DNA of 64,000 nt, from assembly GCA_963776245.1 (NCBI GenBank), contig CAVZLN010000003.1:192001-256000 (forward strand). Reading direction: 5' to 3'. This document shows positions 21,539 through 32,540 of this stretch, in pieces. A model generated the notes under the pieces. That model made no database searches, was not told where the DNA came from, and worked only from the letters and a program-made list of their open reading frames with translations. Origin of the DNA: Candidatus Eiseniibacteriota bacterium (GTDB taxonomy: Bacteria > Eisenbacteria > RBG-16-71-46). Position 1 is the stretch's first letter; every line of letters starts with the position of its first letter. Made by a program: the position numbers and the translations under genes.

Positions 21539-22242
21539 CGGATACCTCCAGAAGGGGGCACGGGTACGCCTGCCGCCGCGCCCCCCGGGCGCACGGCAGG
21601 AGTGCGGCCAGGCCGCACCGGGGAGAGCGCCGCGCGCCGTGTCCCGCAACGGCGCGGGAACGGCGGGCGGACGAGGGAGACGCGCGAGCGCCGCGGCGCG
21701 GGAAGCGCTGCCGGCGTGCGTTCGGCGACGATGGGTCGTGGGGTCGGGGCGGGTGCGGAGGCGCGCGCCGCGGAGAGGTGGGCGCACGCGAGGGTGCCGA
21801 GGGGGTGGGTCGAGGTGGGGCTCGCGCGCGGCGGTCCGCGCTCGGACTCCCGCAGTTCCATCGGCTCATCGTGGCTCAGGTTCAGGTCCCGCATCAGCAG
21901 GCCCATCCCACGCTCGTCGCGGGGGGCCTGGATCGACGCCAGCACGGCGAAGCGCGCGTCCTCCCGCGGGGTGCGATGGTGCACGCGCGCCCCCCCGGCG
22001 GCGCGATGGCGCTGCGGCACGGGTCGCGCGGGCGCGGGCACCGCGGGCCGGCTCGAGGCGTTGGCGGCGCGCCGACCGTGGTGCGCGCGCGCGTGCCCGG
22101 CGCGGGGATGGGAGCGGGCGGCCGCGATGCGCGTGGACCGCGCGCCGGCATGGCCGGGCTCGCCGGGCGACGCGCCCGCGCCGCTCGCCTGGACAGCGAG
22201 TGCGAGGACCACGAAGATGGCGAGGCGTAGGAACGTTCGCAT
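21535..22242 (-). CDS. putative exported leader protein containing an RGPP motif
   Basis: MRTFLRLAIFVVLALAVQA signal-like N-terminus, His/Arg-rich body, RGPPRASP; stop overlaps the HhH gene start (ATGA). Confidence 0.4.
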   Translation of the reverse strand: MRTFLRLAIFVVLALAVQASGAGASPGEPGHAGARSTRIAAARSHPRAGHARAHHGRRAANASSRPAVPAPARPVPQRHRAAGGARVHHRTPREDARFAVLASIQAPRDERGMGLLMRDLNLSHDEPMELRESERGPPRASPTSTHPLGTLACAHLSAARASAPAPTPRPIVAERTPAALPAPRRSRVSLVRPPFPRRCGTRRAALSPVRPGRTPAVRPGGAAAGVPVPPSGGIR

Positions 22243-22394
22243 GGAACCCGGGGTTGGCGCGCGCATCGGAGGTGCGGATGCAACGAGCGCATGGTCGGAT
22301 CCGGACTGCCCTGTCACGCTTGCCTTGGATGCCAGTCTCCCACCGCCGGTGCGGGAGCGCATCACCCATGTCTCCGGCGGGAGGCAAAATCTCT

Positions 22395-23288
22395 GTGAAA
22401 CGCGCCCGACCTTCCGGACGCATGCTCTCCACGCTCGCGGCGGCCCTCGCGCTCGCCAGCGGGCTGGCGTTCCCCACCGGCGCCGCCGACAGCGGCGGCT
22501 CGTGCCTGCGCACCGAGATGATCGCCCCCACCCTCGGCGGCAGGACGCGCACCGTGCGACTGTATCTGCCGCCCTCCTACGCCGCTCCCGGGGCCGCGGA
22601 CCGGCGTTATCCGGTGGTGTACATGCTCCACGGCTGGCCCGGCTCCGACGGCAACTGGGTCAGCATGGGGCACGCCTGCGAGACCGCGGACGCGATGATC
22701 GCCGCCGGCGAGATCCCCGAGGTCATCCTGGTGTTCCCCAACGGCGCCGGGCCGGGGCTGCTCGGGCGCTCGATGTGGATGGATTCCTACGACGGCGCGG
22801 CCAGGCTCGAGCACTTCGTGGCCCATGACCTGGTGGCGTGGACGGACTCGCTCTACCGCACCCGGCGCGAGCCGCGCGACCGCGCCGTGATCGGGCTCTC
22901 GGATGGCGGGACCGGAGCCTTCAACGTGGTGTTCCACCACCCGGACGTGTTCGGCGCGTGCGCCAGCCACAGCGGCGAGTTCCGCGTGACGCGCAGCCTG
23001 GGAGATGGCGCCATCGTGGGCCCGCAGCCCGGCGCCGCCGCGTTCCTGGCGCGCAACAGCCCCGCGGCGTACGTGGACGGGATGGTCGCGCGCGCGAAGG
23101 AACTGTCGATCTACTTCGACTGCGGCACGCGCGACGAGTCGCTCGCCGACAACCGCGCGTTCCACCAGCAGCTGGACTCCCTCGGGGTGCCGCACACCTA
23201 CCGTGAGTTCCCCGGCTCGCACGACTGGCACTACTGGCGCGAGCACCTGCACCAGTCGCTGGCCGCGGTGACGCAGCGGATGCGGTGA
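22395..23288 (+). CDS. secreted alpha/beta hydrolase (putative esterase family)
   Basis: LYLPPSY, YPVVYMLHG, IGLSDGG nucleophile elbow, DCGTRD, GSHDWHYW. Confidence 0.85.
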   Translation: MKRARPSGRMLSTLAAALALASGLAFPTGAADSGGSCLRTEMIAPTLGGRTRTVRLYLPPSYAAPGAADRRYPVVYMLHGWPGSDGNWVSMGHACETADAMIAAGEIPEVILVFPNGAGPGLLGRSMWMDSYDGAARLEHFVAHDLVAWTDSLYRTRREPRDRAVIGLSDGGTGAFNVVFHHPDVFGACASHSGEFRVTRSLGDGAIVGPQPGAAAFLARNSPAAYVDGMVARAKELSIYFDCGTRDESLADNRAFHQQLDSLGVPHTYREFPGSHDWHYWREHLHQSLAAVTQRMR

Positions 23289-23307
23289 GCGGCTGCGCGA
23301 AGGTCCC

Positions 23308-25218
23308 TCAGGCCGGCTGGCGCCGCCGGCCGTGGGCCGGGCCGCTCCGGTCCTGCGCCGTCATCATCTGGCGGAAATAGCCCTCGACCTCCAGCAGCTC
23401 CGCCGGCGCGCCGTCCTGCTCGATGCGCCCGGAGCGCAGCACGAGCACCCGGTCGACGTCGGTGAGCATGCTGCGTCGGTGGGCCACCACGATCGTGGTG
23501 CGCCCCGTGGCGATGGTCTCGAGCGCCTCCTTCACCGCCTCCTCGGTCTTGAAGTCGAGGTTGGCGGTGGCCTCGTCGAGCAGCAGCACGGTGGGCCGCG
23601 CGAGGAACGCCCGCGCCAGCAGCACGCGCTGGCGCTCGCCCATCGAGAGCTCCACCCCGCGCTCGCCGATCGGGGTCGCGAGCCCCTCGGGCAGGCGCTC
23701 GAGCAGCGGCCCGAGCCCGGCGAGGCGCGCCGCCTCGGCCACCTCGGCGTCGGTCGCCGGCTGGCGCGCGTAGCGGATGTTCTCGGCCACCGTCATCCGG
23801 AACAGCATGCCGTCCGCCGCCACCCCGCGCACCGCCTCGCGCAGGGACGATGGCGACACCGCGTCGAGGCGCTGGCCGTCGATGAGGATGGCCCCGGAGT
23901 CCGGGACGTAGAGCCCGATGAGCAGATCGGTGACGGTGGTCTTGCCGGCGCCCGACGGCCCCACCAGGCCCACCCGCTCGCCCGCGCGGATGCGGAACGA
24001 CACGCCGTCGAGCACGCGGCGCTTCGGGGTGTAGCCGAACACGACGTCCTCGAACACGATCTCGCCGCCCCGCGGCACGAACGCCGGCCGCTCCTCGCCG
24101 GGCGCGGTCGCGGTCTCGAGGAGACGCTGGGAGCGCTTGAGGCTCGACAGGTGCTCCTGGAGCCCGGTGTAGAGCTCGGTGAGGTTCTCGATCGGCGCGT
24201 ACACCTGGTCGAGGTAGGCGACGAACAGCACGACGTCGCCGGGGGTGAGCTGGTGCTGGAGTGCCTTGATGCCGCCCAGCAGCAGCGCCGCGGCCTTGGA
24301 CACCGTGGCGATGCCCTCTTGCACGAAGGCGTAGCGGTTGAGCATGCGGGCGCGCTGCACGTAGGTCTCGAACGCGCGCTCGCTGGCCTCGTCGAGTTGG
24401 CGCTCCTCCCAGGCGGCGGCGCCGTGGGTGATGACGGTCTTGATCCCGGCGACCGACTGCTGGATGCGGCTCGAGACCTCGTCCCACAGGCCGTAGTACT
24501 GCTCGAGCTGGGTCTCGAGGCGGCGCGCCATGCGCCATGTCACGAGCGCGTACACCGGCACCGCGATGAACGTGACGAGCGCGAGCGCGCGATTGAGCGA
24601 CGCCATGATCCCGAGGATGGCGACGAGGCGGAAGAAGTCGGGCCAGAACTCCTGCGCGAAGGTGGTGAACACCGGGGCGACGTGGTCGCTCTGGTCGATC
24701 TGGCGCGCGACCGCACCGCTCGCCCGGCGCCCGAAGAAATCGAGCGGCAGGCGCAGGACGTGACGGAAGGTGCGCAGGATGTAGCCGCGTTCGATGTCGC
24801 TCGACAGCCGCGTCGAGCGGTTGTCGCCGCGCAGCTGGAACAGCTCCGACAGCAGTCGGGTCACCAGCAGCAGGCACGCGCCGAGGATCACGGTGGCCAC
24901 TGCCTGCGGCGCGGTGCGCGCCGGCAGCCGGCGGGGTCCGGCGTGGTCGGGCTTCAGGCGCTGGAGCGGCGCGTGGAAGATGCGCCGGCCGCTCTTCTCG
25001 AAATGGCCCACCGACGAGCCGACGTGCTCGAAGAACCGCTCGGCCTCGGTCACCGGCCGGGGCGCCACGAACACGCCGGCGATGTCGTCGACGATGGCGC
25101 GATAGATCCACGGCTCGAACAGCGAGGCCACGGTGCCGAGCGAGACCAGCAACGCCACCCACACGAACGCGCGGATGCGTCCGCGCGCGAGCGCGAGGAT
25201 GGCGAGGAGCGAGCGCAT
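23308..25218 (-). CDS. ABC exporter, fused permease/ATP-binding protein
   Basis: TM domain; GPSGAGKT, LSMGERQR, LLLDEATANLD, VAHR. Confidence 0.9.
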   Translation of the reverse strand: MRSLLAILALARGRIRAFVWVALLVSLGTVASLFEPWIYRAIVDDIAGVFVAPRPVTEAERFFEHVGSSVGHFEKSGRRIFHAPLQRLKPDHAGPRRLPARTAPQAVATVILGACLLLVTRLLSELFQLRGDNRSTRLSSDIERGYILRTFRHVLRLPLDFFGRRASGAVARQIDQSDHVAPVFTTFAQEFWPDFFRLVAILGIMASLNRALALVTFIAVPVYALVTWRMARRLETQLEQYYGLWDEVSSRIQQSVAGIKTVITHGAAAWEERQLDEASERAFETYVQRARMLNRYAFVQEGIATVSKAAALLLGGIKALQHQLTPGDVVLFVAYLDQVYAPIENLTELYTGLQEHLSSLKRSQRLLETATAPGEERPAFVPRGGEIVFEDVVFGYTPKRRVLDGVSFRIRAGERVGLVGPSGAGKTTVTDLLIGLYVPDSGAILIDGQRLDAVSPSSLREAVRGVAADGMLFRMTVAENIRYARQPATDAEVAEAARLAGLGPLLERLPEGLATPIGERGVELSMGERQRVLLARAFLARPTVLLLDEATANLDFKTEEAVKEALETIATGRTTIVVAHRRSMLTDVDRVLVLRSGRIEQDGAPAELLEVEGYFRQMMTAQDRSGPAHGRRRQPA

Positions 25219-25252
25219 GGACCGGCGCGGCGAAGGCGGCCCGGAGGCCGGC

Positions 25253-26212
25253 CTAGCCGGGCGACTCCTCGCTGCGGGGCTTCTCCTCGGGCGGCGGCGG
25301 CGGCGGCAGCCGGGCGATGCGTTCGCGCACCGGCCGCGCCTCGGCCGCCCGGCCGGCGCGCTCGAGCATGCGCGCGTACTCCCGCAGCACGTCGGCATCC
25401 CCGGGCTCCAGCCGCGCGGCGCGCGCCAGCTGCGCCAGCGCCTCCGGAGCGCGGCCGGTCTGCTCGAGCAGCAGTGCCAGATCGTAGCGCGACATCGCGT
25501 CGAGCGAGTCGAGCGCGAGCGCGCGGCGGTACTCCGCCTCGGCCTCCTTGTGGCGGCCCTGGTCGGCGTAGAGGTTGCCGAGATGGATGTGCGGGTCGTC
25601 GCTCTTCGGGTCGAGCGTCACCGCCTCCCGGAACGCGTCCTCCGCCTCGCGCGCGCGGCGGGCGCCGACCAGGAACAACCCGTAGGAATCGAGCGTGGCC
25701 GCGCGCGGGGGGTCGCGGTGGGCGCGCTTCTGCATCTGGAGCAGGTAGAGGAAGTCGCTCTCGCGCAGGCCCTCCGGGTTCGCGAGGCCCCAGGTCGGGT
25801 CCGCGCTCACCTGCGCCACGCGCGCCTCGAGCCGCAGCTGCTCGATGTCGAGCCGCCGGTTCTCGGACAGCTCGAAGCCCTTCGCGAACGTCTCCTCGGC
25901 GAGCCGGTAGCGTCCCGCGTCCATGAAGTCCCGGCCCAGTTCCACGTAGCGCTGGATGACCTGGCGCGACTGCACCCGGTCCCATTGATCCTGGAGCGAG
26001 GGCAGGAAGAAGGCGAGCAGGGTGACCCCCGCGCTCGCCGCCCCCGCGAGCCACGGCTGCAATCGCTTCCAGCGGGAGGGCTCGCGACGGGACTCGAGTT
26101 CCTCGACCAGCACCTCGACCAGCATCTCGCGGACACCCGGCTCGTGGATGAGCCGGCGCAGCTCATCGGCGTCGGGAGGCGGCCCGGGCGGCGTGGTGGT
26201 GGGATCGGCCAT
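25253..26212 (-). CDS. membrane-anchored TPR protein
   Basis: One TM segment (WLAGAASAGVTLLAFFLP), then TPRs (HIHLGNLYADQGRHKEAEAEYRRALALD). Confidence 0.75.
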   Translation of the reverse strand: MADPTTTPPGPPPDADELRRLIHEPGVREMLVEVLVEELESRREPSRWKRLQPWLAGAASAGVTLLAFFLPSLQDQWDRVQSRQVIQRYVELGRDFMDAGRYRLAEETFAKGFELSENRRLDIEQLRLEARVAQVSADPTWGLANPEGLRESDFLYLLQMQKRAHRDPPRAATLDSYGLFLVGARRAREAEDAFREAVTLDPKSDDPHIHLGNLYADQGRHKEAEAEYRRALALDSLDAMSRYDLALLLEQTGRAPEALAQLARAARLEPGDADVLREYARMLERAGRAAEARPVRERIARLPPPPPPEEKPRSEESPG

Positions 26213-26416
26213 ACGCGCCGGAGGATAGCACCTCCGCCGCGTCCGTCCCCCAGCGTCGCGCCCACGGAGGGGCCCGCGAGCCGGCCGTCGGACCGGCGGA
26301 GCGGTCGCCCGCGTGGACGCGCGACGGACCGCTCCTCTATATTCCGCCTCCCGGCCATCCTCGGGCCGGGACCGAGCGTCCCCCCCGACCCCACCCCAGC
26401 ACCTGGCGAGACCGAT

Positions 26417-27406
26417 ATGGCCCAAGTGATCGATGTGCTCCTGCTGCTCGCGCTGCCCGCCTCCGGCAAGTCCGAGGTGCGGCGCTACCTCGCGAGCCTC
26501 ACCCCCGAGCAGTGCCGGGACGAGCTCCATCTGGGTCCGACGGTGCAGCTCGACGACTACCCGTACGTCCACATGATGCGGCGCGTCAGCCAGGAGTTGA
26601 GCGCGCTCGGACGGGACGGCGTGTTCTTCGATTCGAACGAACTGCCGATGAAGGAAGGCCGCGACTGGGGCACGCTGGTGGAGCTGATCAACGAGGACTT
26701 CGACGATCTCGTGCACCGCCGCAAGGCCGCGCCCGCGTCGGCGGCCGCGTGGCTGCTCGATCGCTACGACGCCGCGCGCGAGAAGAGCGGCGCCGATCCG
26801 GCGTTCCGCAAGCTCCCGGCCGAGGTGCGGACGAAGCTGGTCGCCGCGCTCGAACCGGAGGCGCGGGAGCTGGTGGCCGAGAAGAACGCCGGCATCCCCG
26901 ACTCGCTCGCCGGTCGCACCGTGGTCATCGAGATGGCGCGCGGCGGGCCGGATGGGGCCGTGCCTCCGCTGCCCGCCCCGCTCGGTTATCAGTACACCCT
27001 CGCCACGCTCGGCGACGCCATCCTGTCGCGGGCCTCCATCCTGTACGTGTGGGTCACGCCCGAGGAGTCGCGCCGCAAGAACACCGAGCGCGCCAAGCCG
27101 GGCCCCGCCGGCGACCAGTCGATCCTGCACCACGGCGTGCCGATCGCGGTGATGCTCGGCGACTACGGCACGGACGATATGGACTGGCTGATCCAGAGCA
27201 GCGGCCGGCCGGACACCGTCAAGGTCGTGACGCGCGGCAGGACCTACATGGTCCCGGTGGGCCGTTTCGACAATCGCACCGACAAGACCACGTTCGTGCG
27301 CGAGGAGCGGCAGAAGTGGCCCGCGGCGAGCGTGAAGGCGCTGCACGAGGGACTGGCGGGCGCGCTCGCGCGCATCGCCGCCGCCGGCGCGCCGATGAAG
27401 GACTGA
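26417..27406 (+). CDS. hypothetical protein with an N-terminal P-loop-like motif
   Basis: LLLLALPASGKSEV; VVIEMARGG; typical coding codon usage. Confidence 0.75.
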   Translation: MAQVIDVLLLLALPASGKSEVRRYLASLTPEQCRDELHLGPTVQLDDYPYVHMMRRVSQELSALGRDGVFFDSNELPMKEGRDWGTLVELINEDFDDLVHRRKAAPASAAAWLLDRYDAAREKSGADPAFRKLPAEVRTKLVAALEPEARELVAEKNAGIPDSLAGRTVVIEMARGGPDGAVPPLPAPLGYQYTLATLGDAILSRASILYVWVTPEESRRKNTERAKPGPAGDQSILHHGVPIAVMLGDYGTDDMDWLIQSSGRPDTVKVVTRGRTYMVPVGRFDNRTDKTTFVREERQKWPAASVKALHEGLAGALARIAAAGAPMKD

Positions 27407-27429
27407 GGCGCCCCGCAAGCGTCCTCATC

Positions 27430-28500
27430 TCAGCGCCCCCGGGGCGTGCGCGCCCGTCCCTCCTCGAACAACGTCCGAAACCCGTCCGCGTCGGGCGCCG
27501 CCACCGCGGCGACGATCCGATCGAGCGCGACGCGCAGCCGCTCGAGGGCGGCCATCGAGTACGGGTTCCTCGCCTGGATCTCGTAGTACACGTCGGGACT
27601 CTCGCGCACCACCGCCGCCGCGACCGACTCGAGGGCCTGGAAGGTGGTGCTGCGCACCGGGTGCTCGGTGCGTGGCAGCGCGAGGGCGAACGTGATGGCC
27701 GAGGCGTGCGCGAGGCTCAGGAGGTCGGCCATGATGCGGTCGTGGTCCTCGAGCGGCAGGCGCACGAGATGCGCGGTGGTCGGTCGGAAGAGCGTCTCGA
27801 CCGTGGCGGCGGCGGCGGCATCGCCGGTGTCGCAGATCACGACGTCCGCGTCGCGCAGGACCACGGTGGCAGGTCCGAACATGGGATGGATCGAGGCCAC
27901 CCGACAGCCGGCTCGCTGGAGCGCGCGGATCGGCTCGATGAGGGGCGTCTTGATGCTGGCGACGTCGAGCACCACCCCGGCCGGCGGTCGACTCGACCAG
28001 CGCGTGTAGAGCTCCGCGATGGTCGCGGGAGGAGCGCAGCACACGACGAGGTCCGCGGTCGCGAACGTCCGGCGCGCCCACGCGTCCTCGTCAGGCGCGG
28101 CCGCCGGATCGAGGGCTCCGGTGGTGTAGCCCTGGGCCGAGAGGAAGCGGCCCAGCCAGCGCCCCATGCGGCCCGCACCGCCCACGACCACGGCGCTCTG
28201 GCCCGCCCCCAGTTCCGCGCCGCGCAGGCTGTCCTCCTCCTGCGCCGTCACGGAGGCCCGGATGATCCGGGCGATGAGCTCCTCGGCCAGCTCCGGATCG
28301 AGCCCGTGCTCGTCGGCGACCGCGCGCGCGCCTTCCATGACGGTGCGCTCCTGCGCGTAGTCCACGGTCGGGAGCTGGCGTTGGCGCTTGAGCTCCCCGA
28401 CCTGCCGCGCGAGCTCGACACGTTCGGCCACGCGCGCCACCAGCTCCCGATCGAGCGCTCGGATGCGCCCGCGCAGTCCCTCCAGATTCCGCTCCGTCAT
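27430..28500 (-). CDS. tyrA: chorismate mutase / prephenate dehydrogenase
   Basis: N-terminal CM (LRGRIRALD..RVELARQVGELK); VVGGAGRMG, DVASIK, HPMFGP, HDRIMA. Confidence 0.85.
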   Translation of the reverse strand: MTERNLEGLRGRIRALDRELVARVAERVELARQVGELKRQRQLPTVDYAQERTVMEGARAVADEHGLDPELAEELIARIIRASVTAQEEDSLRGAELGAGQSAVVVGGAGRMGRWLGRFLSAQGYTTGALDPAAAPDEDAWARRTFATADLVVCCAPPATIAELYTRWSSRPPAGVVLDVASIKTPLIEPIRALQRAGCRVASIHPMFGPATVVLRDADVVICDTGDAAAAATVETLFRPTTAHLVRLPLEDHDRIMADLLSLAHASAITFALALPRTEHPVRSTTFQALESVAAAVVRESPDVYYEIQARNPYSMAALERLRVALDRIVAAVAAPDADGFRTLFEEGRARTPRGR

Positions 28501-28690
28501 GCGAGTCCCTCCCGATCACCCGCGAGGGACTCTATCCGACCGCGAGCGGCGGCCCCAGGGATTCCATCCCGTGGGTGCACCACCGTTCCGGATCCCGGGG
28601 CGGCGTCACGTCGGCTTTCGTCACTTCGCGGAAGAACGTCCCAGGATGCTGGGCGACGACCCGAGTCCGCCCGCGAGCCCGCCCGGCCGC

Positions 28691-29776
28691 TCAGCCGCGA
28701 CCGGTGCGCTTGAAGAAGGCCTTCGCCGCCTTGTGGATGATCTTCCACTTGCGCTCGCGTTCCGCGCGCAGATGCGCATCCGACTTCGCCGCCGCAGCCT
28801 GCGCCGCGCGCACCAGTTTGTGGTAGCTGGCCAGGCGCTCGGGCGGCAAGGCGCCCGCTCCGATCGCGGCTCGGACCGCGCAGCCGGGCTCGTCCACATG
28901 CGTGCAGTCTCGGAAGCGGCAGGTCCGGGCGGCCTGCTCGATGTCCGGGAAGACCGCGGCGATCCCCGTCTCCGACCCGGTCAGGCCCAGCGCGCGCAGG
29001 CCCGGCGTGTCGATGAGCACTCCCCCGCCGGGCATCGGGATCAACTCGCGCACCACTGTCGTGTGGCGCCCCCGCCCATCGCTCACGCGCACCTCGCGCG
29101 TCGCCTGCCGCTGCTCACCCAGCAGCGCGTTGATGAGCGTGGACTTGCCGGCGCCCGAGGGCCCGATCAGGACCGCGGTGCGGTGGTCCGAGAGGTACCC
29201 GAGGAGCGGCTCGACGCCCACGCCGGTGAGCGCGTCCATCGCGAGCACGTCCACACCGGGCGCGATGGACGCGACATCCCCGCGCGCCCCGTCGGCGTCG
29301 GCGGAGAGGTCCGCCTTGGTGAGCACCACGACCGGGAGGGCGCCCGAGTCCCACGCCAGCGCGAGCTCGCGCTCGATGCGGCGCAGGTTGGGCGGATCCG
29401 CGATGGGGTGCACGACGAACACGATGTCGATGTTGGCGGCCAGCACCTGGAGGTCGGAGGTCCTGCCCGGGTCGCCGCGCGCGATGGCGCTGGCGCGCTC
29501 GAGCACCGCCTCGATGAGCGGGACATCGAGGTCCTCGGGCGCCCGTGCGGCCACCCAGTCGCCGACCGCCGGCAGATCCGCGGGGCCGCGGGCGGACTTC
29601 AGCAGTCGGGCCGCGGGCTGCGCGCGGACCACGCCGGAGGAGGTCGCGATCAGGGCGCTGCCGCGGTCGCTGCGGACCACCCGGGCGGGCGTCAGGCCCG
29701 CGGCGACGTGGGGTTCGAACAGCGCCTCCCAACGGGGGGAGTAGCCGAGCGCGCGAAGTGCAGGGACGTCAGGCAA
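28691..29776 (-). CDS. rsgA: ribosome small subunit-dependent GTPase A
   Basis: AVGDWV, LAANID, LTKADL, GPSGAGKSTLIN, GRHTT, DTPG, CRFRDCTHVDEPGC. Confidence 0.93.
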   Translation of the reverse strand: MPDVPALRALGYSPRWEALFEPHVAAGLTPARVVRSDRGSALIATSSGVVRAQPAARLLKSARGPADLPAVGDWVAARAPEDLDVPLIEAVLERASAIARGDPGRTSDLQVLAANIDIVFVVHPIADPPNLRRIERELALAWDSGALPVVVLTKADLSADADGARGDVASIAPGVDVLAMDALTGVGVEPLLGYLSDHRTAVLIGPSGAGKSTLINALLGEQRQATREVRVSDGRGRHTTVVRELIPMPGGGVLIDTPGLRALGLTGSETGIAAVFPDIEQAARTCRFRDCTHVDEPGCAVRAAIGAGALPPERLASYHKLVRAAQAAAAKSDAHLRAERERKWKIIHKAAKAFFKRTGRG

Positions 29777-29798
29777 TGCGGCTCCTCGGGCTCGCCGG

Positions 29799-30083
29799 TC
29801 AGAGTTCCACGGATTCCACCCGATCCACGATGCGTGCGCGAGGGTTCTGCATGATCGCCCTCGCCGGCCCGCCCCAGATCCGCTGCATGGTGCGGAGGAA
29901 CGCCTCGGCCTCGTCCAGGCCGTCGAACTCGAGATCGATCATGACGTGGTTGGGGTCGTCCCGCAGACGCAGGACCTGGTACCGCCGGACGCCCGAGCCC
30001 TTGCGGTCGGCGGGATCGTCGTCGAACGCCTGCTTCCATCTCTCGAAATCGGGGACGGTGTGTTCGATCCTCACGATGGGCAT
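29799..30083 (-). CDS. small hypothetical protein (dimeric alpha/beta barrel-like)
   Basis: MPIVRIEHTVPDFERWKQAFD...DDPNHVMIDLEF; GAGGAG RBS. Confidence 0.7.
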   Translation of the reverse strand: MPIVRIEHTVPDFERWKQAFDDDPADRKGSGVRRYQVLRLRDDPNHVMIDLEFDGLDEAEAFLRTMQRIWGGPARAIMQNPRARIVDRVESVEL

Positions 30084-30178
30084 TTCGACTCCTCTCGGTT
30101 CCAGGGCCGGCGTCGCGGGACCACGGGTCGCCTCGTCGCACGTGTCGTCGGTCCGGTTCGGCGCCGGAGACGAGCGCG

Positions 30179-30607
30179 TCAGCGCCCGCGTTGGGACGCG
30201 ACCAGGGCCACCGCGGTGATGACGAGGTTCTCGATCAGCTTCTTCGCGCCCACGCGGGTGGCGTCGGCGGTGCCGAAGCATCCGCACTCGAAGTCGAGAT
30301 GGCGCGCCACCGCGCTGGCGACTGCGAGCGTGAACACCGCCATCATCGCGGCGGCCAGCCACGCGCCGGAGCGCGCGCGCACGTCGAGCACCAGCGCGAG
30401 ACCGGTGAGCAGCTCGATCCACGGCAGCAGCACCGCGATGGAGTTCTCGAACGCCACCGGCGCCAGGCGGAAGTGATGGATCTGGGTGGCGAACGCCCCC
30501 GGGTCGCCGATCTTCGCGAGCGCGGCGGCGATGAACACCAGACCGACCGCGATGCGGCACAGTCCGACCAGCCAAGAGGACGACAGGAAGCGGACGGGCG
30601 GGTTCAT
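30179..30607 (-). CDS. MauE/DoxX family membrane protein
   Basis: VFIAAALAKIGDP, LPWIELLTGL, ECGCFG. Confidence 0.85.
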   Translation of the reverse strand: MNPPVRFLSSSWLVGLCRIAVGLVFIAAALAKIGDPGAFATQIHHFRLAPVAFENSIAVLLPWIELLTGLALVLDVRARSGAWLAAAMMAVFTLAVASAVARHLDFECGCFGTADATRVGAKKLIENLVITAVALVASQRGR

Positions 30608-31455
30608 CAGTGGCCTCCCGCCTGCGCCCCGCGCGCCACCGGGAGCCCCGCCGCCTGCCACTCGGGGTAGCCGCCCTGGTACACCAGCACGCGCTTGCGT
30701 CCGTTCTCGAGCAGCAACTTCGCCAGGTCCATGGACAGCTCGCACGCGCCGCCGCTGCAGTACACCGCGATCGGCCGGCCGTTCTCCCCCAGGTGCCGGA
30801 TGCGCTCGGGCTCGGCGAGCGCGTCGTTGTACGGCAGGCTCGTCGCGCCGGCGATGTGGCCGTCGGCGTACTCGCCGGCCTCGCGCGCGTCCACCACCAG
30901 CACCGCGCCGGCGTCGTAGAGCTTCTTGAGCGATGCCATCTCGAGCTGGATGGGGTGGTCGAGATCGGGGATCACCGGCAGGTCGGTCGGGGCCGCGGCC
31001 GGCGCCGTGACCGGCGGCACCGGCGTGGCTGCGGCCGGTGCCGCGGCGGCGCTCCGCGGCGCCGCGACCGGCACGGACTGCGCGACCGGCGGCGCGGGCT
31101 TCGGCGCGGTGGCGAGCGGCGGACGCGGCCCGACCGCCGGGCCACGGCCCGTTGCCGGCGTGCCGGCCGCGGTGCCGGTCGCCGGGGCCGGCACGGTCGC
31201 GGTCGCCGGGCTCGACGGCGTCGCGCGCGCCGCGCCCGTCATCGGGCCGCCCGTCAAGGTGTCGCGCTGCATCGCCTCGAGGCTCGCGACCGCGTCGGCG
31301 CGCTTCACCCACGGGAGCCCGCGGGGCGGACGGCTCGCCCGCCCGATGGAGTTGTAGAGCGCCCCGAGGGCGAGACCCGCCGCGACGATGAACAGGATGC
31401 CGCGCAAAGTCGCGGCCGTGCGCCCGCCGCGGTCGTGGCCGTTGCCGATCGTCAT
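30607..31455 (-). CDS. membrane-anchored rhodanese-domain protein
   Basis: N-terminal TM segment, Pro/Ala linker, VDAREAGEYADGHIAGA, YCSGGAC, YQGGYPEW. Confidence 0.85.
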   Translation of the reverse strand: MTIGNGHDRGGRTAATLRGILFIVAAGLALGALYNSIGRASRPPRGLPWVKRADAVASLEAMQRDTLTGGPMTGAARATPSSPATATVPAPATGTAAGTPATGRGPAVGPRPPLATAPKPAPPVAQSVPVAAPRSAAAAPAAATPVPPVTAPAAAPTDLPVIPDLDHPIQLEMASLKKLYDAGAVLVVDAREAGEYADGHIAGATSLPYNDALAEPERIRHLGENGRPIAVYCSGGACELSMDLAKLLLENGRKRVLVYQGGYPEWQAAGLPVARGAQAGGH

Positions 31456-31477
31456 GTGTCCACTCCTCCGGCGGGGA

Positions 31478-32448
<971 letters not shown>

Positions 32449-32540
32449 GGTTTCGATTCCCGTCGGTGGGGCGCCGGGCGCGGCCCGGCGCGCGCGCGGC
32501 GCCGCGCGAGGCGAAGGCCCCGCGCGGCGCACGGTCACGA

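Noticed and set aside
30960..31260. Repeat-like GC runs in the rhodanese gene
   Set aside because: They encode a Pro/Ala/Thr linker and are not a DNA repeat array.
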